This document shows positions 22,794-36,600 of a stretch of 64,000 nucleotides of DNA, piece by piece. Source of the stretch: Podarcis liolepis (Eukaryota); assembly GCA_965112155.1 (NCBI GenBank), contig OZ218099.1, one strand, 5' to 3'. The notes under the pieces were generated by a model that was given only the letters and a program-made list of their open reading frames with translations, did not search any database and was not told the DNA's origin. Made by a program: the position numbers and the translations under genes. Positions within the stretch are counted from its first letter, which is position 1. The number at the start of each line of letters is the position of its first letter.

Positions 22794-22929
22794 CAGACAT
22801 GGCCAAACTTAGCCCTCCAGCTGTTTTTGGACTACAACTCCCATCATCCCTGGCTAACAGGACCAGTGGTCAGGGATGCTGGGAACTGTAGTCCCAAAAC
22901 AGCTGGCGGGCCAAGTTTGGCCATGCCTG
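22794..22929. mobile_element. Palindromic hAT-type MITE inside the probable EVI5L 3'UTR
   Basis: TIRs CAGACATGGCCAAACTT/AAGTTTGGCCATGCCTG with perfect 8-bp TSD ttctaagg. Confidence 0.88.
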
Positions 22930-25900
22930 TTCTAAGGGCACTGGCAATGCATCTGTGGACTCCAGCTCTGCGGCTTGATTACACATACATAGTAGCAGCT
23001 TTAATGTTGCAGCAGAAAAATGTGTCTTACTCTTGCCCTAGGGCCAGGCTCTCTTATTACTTTTTTTAAAATGGCACATGGGTGTTTTATGCATACAATT
23101 TTTCCACCATGTGGAAAAAAAATATCAAACATTAAAAAGCAACACAGCAAACCATTTCAGGGGACAATGTGTGTTGGCAATTTCACAGGTGCTAACCAAG
23201 TGGGACCCACAAGCACTAACTTGGTCCATCCATGTTCCAAACATAACCAGGCAGAGCCAGTTGCCACTTTCGCTAGGACAGAAAATGTACAATTAGGTGG
23301 GTGGCAGTGCTGAAACTCTTAATTTAGCTCTGCTCTTTCTAGAATAACAAACTAGACTCTGGGGAGCACACACTCATTCCTTCAATCCTCTAGTTCTGCT
23401 TTGTCTCCAGCAGGATACTGCCGTTGCAGCTTGTACACTGGGACCTAGTCTGGGAAGTTCTGTTTAGTATAATTAACAAAGGGCCACATGATTTATTCAC
23501 AAGAGTACACTCGGCCTCTCCCGCTTCTGTAGAAGGGGATGCTGTGGTGCACAAGAAGGGGATGGATGCATTCAAGGTAGAGAATAACTAGAAGTCAAGT
23601 GTCAGAGGTGGGAGAACAGCACTCCCAACCCCAGTCTAAACACAGCACCACATTGTTTTCCCTCGATGATGAAGGGAAAGAGCTACTATTAAAGTGCAAA
23701 TTGAACCTTGTCAATAGCTAGTAAAGATCACACACAGGCACCATCTCCAGCCTATCCGTCCCAGGAGAACAGACTGGAGCAAGACATAACCACCTGCTCT
23801 AGGATACTGGTTTTTCCGCAATGGTGGCACCACCGTTTGCTGGTACGTAGTATAGGAATCTGTAGGCGATCGAACACAGAAGGCCAGATTCCTGATAACC
23901 TGCTGCTGTTAGAGATACAGGAGGGTCACAGGTGTAGCTCAAGAGAAGAGAAAAGGTCTGTGCAAGCTTACTTTAGGGTAGAAATAGGTGTGCAGCCCCC
24001 CCATCCTTTAAAATCCATTCATAATATTTAGTGTTATAAAAATGTAATACAAAAGTCAAAGCAAGATTGTGAGGGTGGCAGGTGGCCTAGCATGGCCTTT
24101 CTATGCCTCTTGGAGCAGAAAACCCTTGCTCCAAGACACAAACACAACGCTGCCTGAGAGGGTTTTGGGGCTGCCAGACTGGGGGGCCTCAAATCTTCTT
24201 CTATCCTCTATGCCAAGGCAGAAGCTTGCTTTGTAGTCCATGTGTGGATAGTATGCAGAAGACCAGCACTTCCACTATGCAAGTATCCATCCCATGAGCC
24301 CCCAAAACACACCATTACCTTTTAAGCCAATGATTACCACAAGAAATAGGAAAATCCCTTTGAGATCAATACAGTACTTTTTTTGTTTTGTTACCTTGAT
24401 TTAAAGGGATTGTTTTTAATGACCTTAAGTAGATGTGCATGAGAAGTAAATTACTTCAATATAAGCAACAAGGTTAGGGTTTTCTAAAAAAAAAAATCAG
24501 CTACATGACCTAATGTTATTCAGCTCACTGGGGATTATCCTCACCTAGCAATTAGCCAAACTCAGTGGGGAGAAACAGGCTGCATCAGCTTGAAGCAGTG
24601 GATCGAGTCCCTTGTGCTCAGTCACAAATCATAGCAAAGTTAGAATTGCCCTTGCCCTTAATGCTTGTCATTCTTCCACGGTTCCAAGGAGTCAAATTAG
24701 GCTTTCATTAGGAATAAACTACTGTTTTTAGAGCTTTACTGCATGTTATTCAAAATAATTATTTCATCATATGGTTGTATGTTGCTCGCTCTGAGCATCA
24801 AAAGGATATAAATAAATATTCCTTGCCGGAGTGCTTGTCCCTTACTCTCCTGTTGTTGCATGGATCTAGTCTGAGAGATCAGACAACTCTGGAAGAAACC
24901 ACTTATCTTGAGCACACTGTGATTTCTTTTACAATATGGAAGGGAAAATGCAAATTTCCTCTTAGGGTGTTTTGCAGGTAAAGCAGCAGTCGGAGTAATC
25001 AACTATGTAGCAACTTTTGGTCAAACATATGGCCCTGCTCTACAGCCATAGTCTCGAAACCACTGCAAGAGGGGTGACAGAAAGGTGAATAATTAATGTA
25101 GTATTACCAATGTCACTTCAGGGACAGTCATGCTAGAACAAACTTAAAAGTAAGGCCTGCACATCCAAGTGAATTTCATATGCAAAACAAAACCCAAACC
25201 CTGACAAAAACAGGCCAAAGAAGCCGCTTGGATTCGATTCTAACAAAAATATTCTCCCATTTACTCCAATGTAAATCTGAAACACTAAAGTCGACGGGGT
25301 TTTACTCCAGATTTAGAAACAGCAGCGATTAATGATCTTCCTAACATGTAGCCTTGGAGGCAGCGAGCATTCGGGTAGCACTACACAAACAAGTATCAAC
25401 AACAATTGCTAGGAATTATGATGCACAAACCGGCAAACAGTTTCACAAGCCATCCAAAACTGCAAACATGTGCCCACTGCTAGCAAATAAATGAAATCAG
25501 ACTGACACAAGGAGATCAAAGCAACAGTTTGGGCTGAACTCTTGTTTGGACCACATACTATGCTGCTGGATTGAGGGGGTGGGGTTGAGGGGAGACTGGA
25601 AAATGGTACAGAAAGTCACAGAGATTTGGCAATACGGTGCAGCATGTATATATAGAATACATCTATTAAAATATGCAAGGTTATACCAAACTGGAGCCTT
25701 TCCCCCAGGCATATTCATATAAGTACATACACAATACTTCAGGGCCACCCATGTGACAGGCTGGGCCAAGTGGGTGCAGGCTTGTCCTCTTGCTTCTGCA
25801 GTGTAAATGCTGGGTTAACCTCACTGGAGGAATCCAGAGTTGGGGAGGTAAAATGACCAACAAGGCTTGCCTGCAGCTAAGAGGCATGCAGCATAAAATT

Positions 25901-28242
25901 TGGGGAGAAAACCAAAGGAACTCCTCCTTCAACTATGGACCAAATATATTGCAAATCCATGCCAAGTGAAAAATCATGGAGACCTCTTTCAGAAAGAGAG
26001 GCCCATGCATCTCATACAGAACCTTCATTAGATTTATTGTTGCAGGTTTTAGAAATTAGGCAAAATCAAATGGAGCATAAATTTGTACAAGCTTGGTATA
26101 AGGAAACAGATGAAAAGTATGCCCATGACAACAAATGCTTCTCCTTCCCTAAAAGCAGAAGCATCCCACAGTTTAGGAACTATCTGGTACTGTCCAGGGA
26201 ACATTCTCTATAACCAGGGATGTTGCCTAATGAAGCTGCCTACCTGCTCGGCAGGGTGGAAATCCTACATCTTCAAAATTCGGCATCCTTCACCGCCTCC
26301 TTCACAGACCTTCTGTGGAACCCCTCCTAACACCAGCTGGTCTCCACCTTCATTTGCAACAATGCCTTTATTCAGACACCTTGCAAGACACAATACATTT
26401 CGCACACCAGCACGTCCTTGCGATCTCTCCGTCACCAGTGGAAAGAAAGTGTGACACGAGAGAGGCCTTGCTGATTTTAATCTTGGACTCTATTGTTAAG
26501 AGGGGAAGGAGCCAATTATCAGGCTTCCTCCCCGTGTTGAAAACAAAGAGAAGGACCATGAATTGCAAATACAGAGTGATTTTTGGCTGGACCAAATCAG
26601 CACCATGCCGCTTCCCAAAGCATTGCTCCACGGGTTCCCTCTAGCTGGTGTAGCTATGTCAGCATTGGCCATGGCAAGCGTTCTTGTTGAGAAATCAATG
26701 TTTCTCCCCCACTACCCCAAACAGAGGTCTGCTTCTGTGGAGCAGAGCTACACATTATACAAGCCTGTCTGAAGGTTCACATACGTGCAGAGGCAGGAGT
26801 GGAAGGGGCACATAGGGTTAAGCACACACCTCCCACTTGATCTCCCCTGCAACCCTCCCATCCCCAACCCGATAGTGTTAGGAGGCAAACAGTGAGCTTG
26901 GAGCCTCATGTTTGCTTCATATGTAGTTCCACTACAAGAGTCTGCGCATTTTCACTAAAATAAAAAAAGATTTTTTTTAAAAAAGGGCAGAACCTGATGT
27001 CCAAGCAGCCCAAAATTCTCATCTCTTTGTTTGTCAAGAAGAAAATACTCTTCAGGCAATTCTCTCAGGTGCCTAAAAATTCAGCCACTTGCACTGGCCT
27101 TGTAAATCATGAACAGAATAAAAGTCCAATAATGGACCCTTCTTTCCTTAAAAAAACCCCCTAGGGTTTGGGTGCTTTGATGGATTGCCACCCCCCTGAA
27201 GCAAGCCAGGCATTGGTAGGAACTTTGCAAGAACCAATGTTTGAAAAGATAGCCATAAAGGTGGAATTGAGAAAGAATACTGTATCAGCTCACACAATTC
27301 CAGGCAGGGAATTCTGGAGGAACTGTCACTGACCATATGGATTAAGGCAACGCCTAAACTCCTGTAATGGTTGCAGCAGAACAGAACTTCAGGCAAAGTG
27401 AGACACAGAAGTTACCAAGGGGAACCCTTCCCTTACCACAATTAAATACAAAAGATGTCATACCTTTAGCTACAAAAGCAGTTCTGGCTGCTCCTTAAAA
27501 GTCCTCAAGATAATTAAACTTAAAGCTTTATGCCAAGCCTCCTCTAAGGGAGACGGATTGGCATTGCACAGTATAAATAAATAATATACACAGAAACAAA
27601 AATAAAATCTCTCTCTCTCTCTCTCGATCCAAGCCACCTCTTCAGAAGCACTCTCTCTATCCACCCATCCTTTCCTGGGCTGAAAACCACAAACGAGTGT
27701 GGAGGCACCCAACCTTCTTACCTCTCTGCAGAACAGCAGGGTAGGGGATCGCATATAAATAAAAGGAAGACAGACCCCTCTCATCTCTCCAAGCACAGCA
27801 AGGAGACAGAGGTTCATTACTACTGGACTGCATTTTATAGAACCAGCGGCCTGGTTGCTTCTGCTGTCCCTTCAAAGTTCTCAAGTGTGCAAACCTTTGT
27901 GTGTAAGGAGGAAGTTTTTTTAAAAAAGGAAAAAAAGGTGTGGAAATGGTGGGTGGGAGGGTGGGGGATGTGAATGAGGTCAATACATGGATTTGAACCA
28001 GTGACAATAGAGCTGGGAAAAAAGGCAGTGCAGACAATGATCAGCGGAGGTGGCCCATGTAATGCAGGCCAGCTGTAGGACTGTCCGTCCCCCATGCCAT
28101 CTCGGGGGCACGGTATTCACTGGGTAAGGGGGCCCTCCGCTCTGTCTTGCGTGATCTGTCTATGAGCTCCACACCCTCAGTACAGCGTGGCCAGAGGGAG
28201 CTGGTGCCTTCCAGGCAGACTTGGGACGGCAGCACCACTTCC

Positions 28243-28554
28243 TCATTTGCTCAGGGCTTCTTCGAAGATGATCTCGCCATTGGGCTCGGTGGCAGAGGCA
28301 GGGTCGTCCGCATCGCTATCCGTGGTGCCGTCGCTCTCCTTGCCGGAGCTCTCGGCCCCCCGTAGAAAGTGTGTGTTGTGGGGCGACAGCGGATACAAGA
28401 CATCCTGCAGGGCACCTACCACCATGGGGCTGGTCAGCAGCTCCTCGTCGGAAGAGTGCAGCGAGTCGTCATCCACCGCCAGGTGACTCACAATGTGGAT
28501 GCCGTCAAAGCCCATGGAGTCCTCAAAAGGCTTCTGCCCCTTCATCAGCCGAAT
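28243..28554 (-). CDS. EVI5L: EVI5L last coding exon, TGA stop at 28243-28245
   Basis: IRLMKGQKPFEDSMGFDG..SSDEELL..LQDVLYPLSP..DSDADD..ALSK*. Confidence 0.93.
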   Translation of the reverse strand: MRLMKGQKPFEDSMGFDGIHIVSHLAVDDDSLHSSDEELLTSPMVVGALQDVLYPLSPHNTHFLRGAESSGKESDGTTDSDADDPASATEPNGEIIFEEALSK

Positions 28555-31500
28555 CTGCAGGGAGAAGGCGTTAGGGCAAAGATAGGAAGGGGGGGGGGTC
28601 CTGCGAACCCTCAGAGTACAACTCCCACTGTCTCTGACCCTTTGGCCATGCTGGTTGGGGCTGACCAGAGTGGGGAGCCCCATGGTATCCAGAGGGATGC
28701 AGGTTCCCCACGACTGCACTGGGACAGCCATGATGGACTTGGCACTCTGCCTAATGGGACTGTTAGATTACATTAACTCTGATGCAGAGAAAGAACCCAG
28801 GGTGGAGAGGACGCCTCATGCAGAACATGCACAAAAAGCTCCTGAAAACAGTGGAGAGCCTGTGCTCAGGGAGTAAGTTGAAATGGAAGCCGCGCCCCAG
28901 ATCAGAGGTTTATCAAACAACATATACAGTCTCCAGCCTGGTTGGAACAGAAGAGCACATTTGTCTGTGTTACATGAACATCCCCTCCCAGGGTTGGCAA
29001 GGGCTGTGAAAATGAATAACTTTTGAGAGGGAAGACTTTTCCGCAGGTGTGCGAGAGGCAGAGATGGCTAGCTTTACAGCAAGAAAAAGGGGATTATTTT
29101 TTTTACATCACATAGGTGTGGGGGGTAACTTACTCTGCACCTTCCATCATTACCCTAGTTCTCGCCCACTGAAATCTCCTTCCTATGCCCCGGACAAAGG
29201 CTCATGGTGAGAGTCTTTGGAGCTCCTTTGCAGTGAGTTCCAACTGGTAGCCAACCACCTGGTTGACTCGCACCTTAAAAGCTGACTTCTGATCTCTATC
29301 AGCTCCTGAGGAAATCAGCAGTTTTGTAAGCCCCAGTCGCTTATGTCTGTTCTCCAGCTGGAGGCCCTGCACAGAAATAGGCAGCTGGGGAGAAGGAATG
29401 GGGACACAGACGGAGGCGTATTTGTATTCTTCGATTGCAAACAATAAATATTAAATCTTCAAAAAGAAAAACAGGCAGCCGTGACTTGATGCAGGGTGTT
29501 AACGGAGGCCAACAGAGAAGACACCAGAAGTCACACAACCCCAATCCCTTGGTGGATCCCTCCTCCCTTTCTCCTACTAGTTTGGGCTCACCTCTGCCTT
29601 GAGCTCATCAATCTGATCCTTCAGTTCACGGATGTACTGGGAGGAGTCGGAGTTGTTGAGCTGGCCCTGAATCATCCCTTCTTCCCTCTGTGTGGAAGAA
29701 AGAAGAGATGGGAATTTAGAAGAGCCAGGTGCTTGGCAGAGAAGGAAGTGGAGAGAAAGCTCATTTGCTTCCTCCTCCTCCCCTTTGTATGCATTATTTC
29801 ACAGACTGCACAAATGAGCAAGCACTTTGTCTACATTATACAAATTTGACACAGTCCGTGTGGCTGATTGTTTATGTTTTGAAAAAGGAAACTGGAGAAA
29901 CAAGAGAGTCTGTATTTCCTATGCAGAATTCCTTATGTAAACAAAAGTTGAATGCTTGATCTTCAGGTCTCTTAAAAAAACAAAAAAAACCCTACTTACA
30001 AGCTGTGTAAGCAGAACTAAAGAAGGGGACCAACATTGGCTACCCCTGGTTTAAACAATGACAAATAAAACATGTTTTCAGCCCCCAGACCTCTCAGCTA
30101 GCTGCAGACACAAAAGGAACAACAGTTCATACAAGAAGAAACAAATACTCCTGGGGGAAAATGCTGCTTTAGGTACAAGGCAGGTTCATTGCTCCTTATG
30201 CTCCTTGCTCCCTAACCTGGATCTCCAGCTCAGCAATCCGCTGCCGCATCTCTGCCACTGCAGCCATGCTGTCGGCTTCTCGCAGGCGCACAGCCATCAC
30301 CTCTTCTTTGCTCTGAAACAGAAAATGCAAGCCAGTGGCAGCAGCCCAGTGGAGTGCAAGCAACGAGGTCAGCCAATGGGGGCGGTGGCCAGTACATTGG
30401 GGTTGGGGGGGATGATCACCTGCAGTTTCTTTTGGCAGCTGAAGATAATAATAATAATAATAATAAATTTTATTTATATCCCGCCCTCCCCAGCCGAAGC
30501 CGAAGATCTTATGAGACCCACAATGAGTCACTAAACACCTGGAATTCCCAGGAATACACACAGGACACTGACTAAAATCCAGGACAGCGGCTAAAATCAA
30601 GGATGTGAGACGTGCAGGAGCCCAGTCTCCTCTTCAGAATAAACAGACAAAATCTGGGCTCCCCATGGATGTGTTTGCATGTCATGGTAAATAGTCAATT
30701 GTTTTTCATGAATACACAAATGGGCACCCGCTTCCTTCCCTCCCTAGCATGAAGCCACAAATCACAATCTCGGGTTTAATGTTATATTGAAATGGGAACG
30801 GATGAAACAAACCACAACCGATAAGCCAATGCAGGGCATCAGTGCCAAGGAACTGATTTGGAGGGTGGGGTGTATTCTGTAAATTTGCATGATTTCTGCT
30901 CTGAGTTCCTTGACTTCAGAGCAGCAGTTGCAGCAAGATTCCTTCTTTGTCATACATGAAAGGCTTAAGGGAAAGCAGCCTATGTCAACTGCATGGCATT
31001 AGACCAGATCTCACCTTGCACTCGGATTCAGCATGCTTGCGCTTGGTCTCACTCAGCTGGGTCTGCAGCCCCTTGTTCTGGGCCGTAAGGTACTGGACCT
31101 TTTCGTGCAGCCCAGCACACTCCTGCTCCATCCGGTTTAAATGGTTGCTGTGGATCTGATCCTGGAATAAAGGCAAGAAGATACTTGGACACTTCCAAGA
31201 CCAGACACGCTTATGACAAATAGGTTGGTGTGCACCATATTCTTACGTGGCACACTCTGAGTGTACTCAATAAGTGCCTATAATACAGTAGAAAACCCTA
31301 TACTTTCATTGTTTGCATGTTAAAAAACCCGCAAACCAGGTCTTCAGTTAAGGAAATATGTTCACATTGCAAGTGGAAAGATCTCAAGTCAATTTCTAGC
31401 CATAAGAATAGATGGGAAGAAATTTTATTTTTTTCAAGGAGTCATAACTGCAACTCAACAACAACAACAAAAAAAGATTGTCACCTGGGTTTCAAGTTCC

Positions 31501-33574
31501 ACCACCCTCTGACGCAGTTCACGGACTTCAGCTTGGGCCTGCGTCTCACGCAGACGGAGGCTCATCAATTCGTCTTGGAGGTCATTCATCGTGTTCTTGC
31601 GAGGAGACTCCTTCCATCGCCCGCCTGTCCGGCTCAGGTGGGCCTAGAGTGAGGGAGACAGAAGGATAACCTTCACATCTTAGTATAGGCATATGATGCT
31701 CATTGGTCTCAATACTCCCATGTGCTCTACTTTAAGACCATGCTATTTCCTTATATGCTGTGATTGCTTATATATCTAACTAACTTTTATTTAAAACCCT
31801 TGCTCGGTATGAGTATCAGATATACTGCTATGTAATTTACAGGTCAAGCCCTTGCAGCCTTCCATAAAAAAGGGGGTTACCACATGTCACCCAAACAGCA
31901 GCATGTAGGAATTCAGCAACAGGGACAAGGAAGTAGGGCACTGCTTTAGCGGGCCACCATTCCAGTGGATCATACCTGCCAATTGTCGTTGAGCTCCTTC
32001 ACCTGCTGCTGCAGTTCCCGAAAGGATTTCATAGCCTCAGACTCCCGCACTTTCATAGCCTTCAGCTCTTCCTGAAGGCGGGCCACATTGTTTTCATCCG
32101 GAAGCAAGCTATTCTTCTGCCGAGGGAAGAGGGTTTGTGATATTGTTGAAGCATTTCAACCCACTCTGGTGCTCAAAAGTCCAAAATTCTGAAGAGTGCA
32201 ATCAGGAAAACCAGACCTCTTTAAATATCACGCATGCTACCTAGAGTCCCAGGATGAATATACCCAATAAGTTCGGATGAGTTTTGTGAGGATGAATCTC
32301 ACCCAAAATTGCTCTTTCCCTGCTATCTTTCCCGTGACGACAATTTCTCCTGAATGCATCTTGATCATGATAAAATCCGTATTTAAACTGCCCTTGAAAA
32401 GTGCGGTTTTCAACAGTTTTTCTGCAGAAACTACTGATGCAACCTCAAGGTGTATATTCAGAAAGGAAGACTAATCATAGAAGAGCAAACAAGAAAAGGT
32501 AATCTCTTGACTTTTCCTTGCTGAGACTGATAAGTGTAAACTCACCCCCCATAATACAATCTTCATCAACATGAGCATTGCAGAGAGGTCTGTATCAAAC
32601 TTTTGGGAGCTCAGGCCCTACTAGCCTAGGCTGCTTTCTAAAACATGCATGTTTCATGCTAGATCTTTTAGCCAATGTACCTTCTCCATGTCCAGCACTT
32701 TGTCCTGCATCTCTTTAAGTGCACTCAGGGTCTCAGACTCCCGCAAACGTGACTGTTCAAGCTCTGTTTCCAGGTGACTCACAAACTCCTCGGAGTAGCG
32801 GGGATTTCCCTGCAAACAAGATGAGAAACGTTGATAAAACCAGAGTGGCTGGGACAACCCAGTTGGATGGGCGAGGTACAAGTAAAATAGTACAGTGGTG
32901 CCTCGCAAGACGAAATTAATCCGTTCCGCGAGTCTCTTCGTCTTGCCGTTTTTTCGTCTTGCGAAGCATGGCTATTAGCGGCTTAGCAGCTATTAACGGC
33001 TTAGCGGCTTTAAGAAAAAGGAAACAAACTCGCAAGAACTCGCAAGACGTTTCGTCTTGCGAAGCAAGCCCATAGGGAAATTCGTCTTGCGGAACGACTC
33101 AAAAAACAGAAAACTCTTTCGTCTTGCGCGTTTTTCGTCTTGCGAGGCATTCGTCTTGCGAGGTACCACTGTATTATTATTATTACTACTGCTACTAGTT
33201 CCTAGATGTTGCAACCATCCATAAGCCTTCAGGTAACAAATGCCATCTTCAATGTTTTCTACAGTTTTTACTGCAGTGGTTGAGCGTGTTTACCAAAATG
33301 CACTTGTAGGGGGCAGAAAAGTAGGCAGGGAGATGTTTAACATTCTGCCACTGACCCTCCCCTCATGCGAAATTTGGCCCATGAGGCAGCTCCTGAAAAG
33401 AGATCTGGCCTGTGCAGCCAAAAAGATTCCCTCCCTCTGCACTAGGAAGACAAAGGTATATTTACTCAGTGCACATTCATGTGTTCATTAATGTTCTTAG
33501 TGACCAAAATATGGCAAAACTAATTTTTAAAAACCCATGAATTTGAGTGCATTGAATACTCTGTGCTATTAGGA

Positions 33575-33606
<32 letters not shown>

Positions 33607-36600
33607 GAAATAGGGGCTATTCTGTACTTCTTGGGCCAGGAAAACCACCAACACCAAACCAGTTCACCGTACTTTTCGCTCTACAAGACGCACCAGACCA
33701 CAAGACGCACCTAGTTTTTGGAGGAGGAAAACAAGAAAAAAAATATTCTGAATCTCAGAAGCCAGAACAGCAAAAGGGATCGCTGCGCAGTGAAAGCAGC
33801 AATCCCTCTTGCTGTTCTGGCTTCTGGGATAGCTGTGCAGCCTGCATTTGCTCCATAACACACACACACATTTCCCCTTACTTTTTAGGAGGGAAAAAGT
33901 GAGTCTTATAGAGCAAAGAATACGGTACTTGTACCTCTTTAATTTCACCCCCTCCCCGTGCCCCGGACTGTTTCATTTGTGATGCCCATCACCTGCTGTT
34001 CCTGCAATTGCCGAATAGTGCTTTGAGCCTTCTGCAAATTCTCGGTTGCTGAACTGCACTGTTGCTTAACCACTGCCAGTTCTCGCTTGATGATGTAGTT
34101 CTCTTCAGCCTCCTGTGCGCGGGTAACTTGGCCCTGAAAAACGAGACGAGAAGCTATTATCTCAAGAGAAACACACCTACGTGTCATTTCGCTGTGGGAT
34201 TCCAATTGAGGATGTGCACTCTCCTCTGCTGCATCACTGTGAGAGGCAATTCCATGTCCCAGGAGTCCCTTAGTACTGGGGAAAGTATTATCACCCCCAG
34301 CCCTCAGCTAAAGTGTGCAAGGTGATCTTGAGATGATGTATGAAATCAAGCAGGTATCCAAATGAGGAAATGTTGTAACAATGGGTGTCTGGGTACATGT
34401 GTGATCTGGTCATGATAAAGAGACAAAGTTTCTAAATACCCCAAATGACAATGCCCGAAAACAGCTGGCCATGGAACTGAATGGAAGGGAGGCTACCCTC
34501 AACTTAATCTTAAAAGGCACCCAGGACCGGGTGCAAGATGTAAGTGTTGATGAGCCAACTGGGAACTGTGACCAGTGTTCAAATTCAACATAGATGTAAG
34601 TGGGACATTGCCAGCAAAGTCCAACAGTTACATTTGACTTCAAAAAAGGAAAATTCTCAAAAATGAGAAAACTGCCGTTCAGCTTCCTTTTTACCAGTCA
34701 AAAGGGTCAAATCTCTCAAAGATGCTTGCAAGTTCTTCACAACTATGACAGAAGCCCATTTGGAATGTATAGGAAGGCATTAGAGGCAAGAAGTCTTCCT
34801 TCAGAAAATGAAAGTCCTGCCGAAATGTGAAGAGCAAAAAGCAGCATGAACTTTGATAAAATAAAATAAAATAAAAATAATTTATTATTTATACTCCGCC
34901 CACCTGGCTGGGTTTCCCCAGCCACTCTGGGCGGCTCCCAATATAATAATAATAATAATAATAAAGTGCTAAAACATCAAACATTAAAAACTTCCCTAAA
35001 CAGGGAAATGCAAAGAAATGCAAGCAGACAACAAGGGATGCTAAAAAAGAAAAGTTTGCAAAGCACATCACTAAAAACATTAAGACCAACAAAAAAAATT
35101 GAATACATAAAAAGCAGGAAACTGGGAGGCAGTTGGATCTTTAAATGATGGGGGAAATCAAAGGAGTGATAAAAGAAGAAAGTGAGATTGCGGAGGAGCT
35201 GAATAAATTCCTTGCATCTGTCTTCACTGCAGAAAATGCAGGGCAGATCCCTGTGCCTGAACTGAAGCAAACTGGTGAGAAGAGGTAAAGTTCTAGACAT
35301 CACTGACAAATTAAAACCAAACAAATCACCAAGTCCCATTGGTAACCGCCCGAGAGTTCTTGAAGAATCCTTCAAACAAAAAATATATGGCTTGTATGGA
35401 AGAGTATAAATTGGCCACTCTAACACCATTTTTTAAAAAAGGAGTCCAGGATGGATCTGAGAAATTATTGGCTAGTTGAGCTCTCCACCTTTGACAGGTC
35501 ATTTTGGCAGGTCAGCAACACAGCAAATCCCAGCGGCACTGATCAGCACAGACACCAAGCTTTGCTTGCCAATGAATGATCAGGAGAGCACTTTAAAGCT
35601 CCCCATCTGACATCACATATAGAGCAAGTGGGTGTGGTTTGGTGGAAAATAGCCTTCTTGGCAGAATTAGGACTGTTGCTGTTCTTTAGGCTGCAGTTTT
35701 CCTGTCTCACTAACCTTTTAAAGTCCTTTGGGAGTATCAATAAACATTTGGATAGGTGTGACCCAGTCAACCGTACGTACTTAGTCTGACAAAAAGCATT
35801 TGATAAAAGTCCCTCACTGAAGACTCCTGAGCTTAGCAGTCATGGGGTAAGAAGAGAGGTCATTTTATGGATCAGTTATCTGGTTAAAGAACAGGAATCA
35901 GAGAGTTGGGGAAAATGGACAGTTCTCACAAAGGAAGAGAAGTAAGAAGTGGAGTCCTACAAGGATCAGTATTGAGACTTGCCCAGGTAGTTGGCCAATG
36001 AAAATGCAGACTTTGTGTGCGGCAAATGTGAAAAGGGCAAATTCCATGTTAAGGAGCAGGGACCTTCATAATGCCCTTATACAAATCTGTGATGCGACCG
36101 CACTTAGACACCACATCCAAAGAAGTTATTTGGTAGAACAGGAAAAAAGTTCAAAAATGGACAACCAAAATGATGATGAGACTTGAACAACTACCTTGGG
36201 GGAAAGGTTACAATTTTGGGGGCTTTTTAGTTTTGAAAATATGGCAAGTTAGGTGTGGCATGACAAAGTTATATAAAATTAGGCACACAGAGTGGCTAGA
36301 GATACGTCTCTGCCTGCCACATAGAATACCAAAACCCAACACCATCTAATGAAGCTGAATGTCAAAAGATTCTAGAGAGACAAAAGGAAGCATTTTTCTC
36401 ACAGTACATAGTTTGCAACCACAACATATAGTAATGGCCTTCAATTCAGATGGTTTTGAAAGAGGTTTGTGAAGGATAAAGTTATTAATGGCTACTAGCT
36501 ATGGTGGCTGGATTGCTTCTAGTATCGGATGCAGCACTTTTCCGAATGCCAGCTGCCTAGAATGCTGCTGTGTGCATGCTCTGTTTGTGGCCTTCTCATA

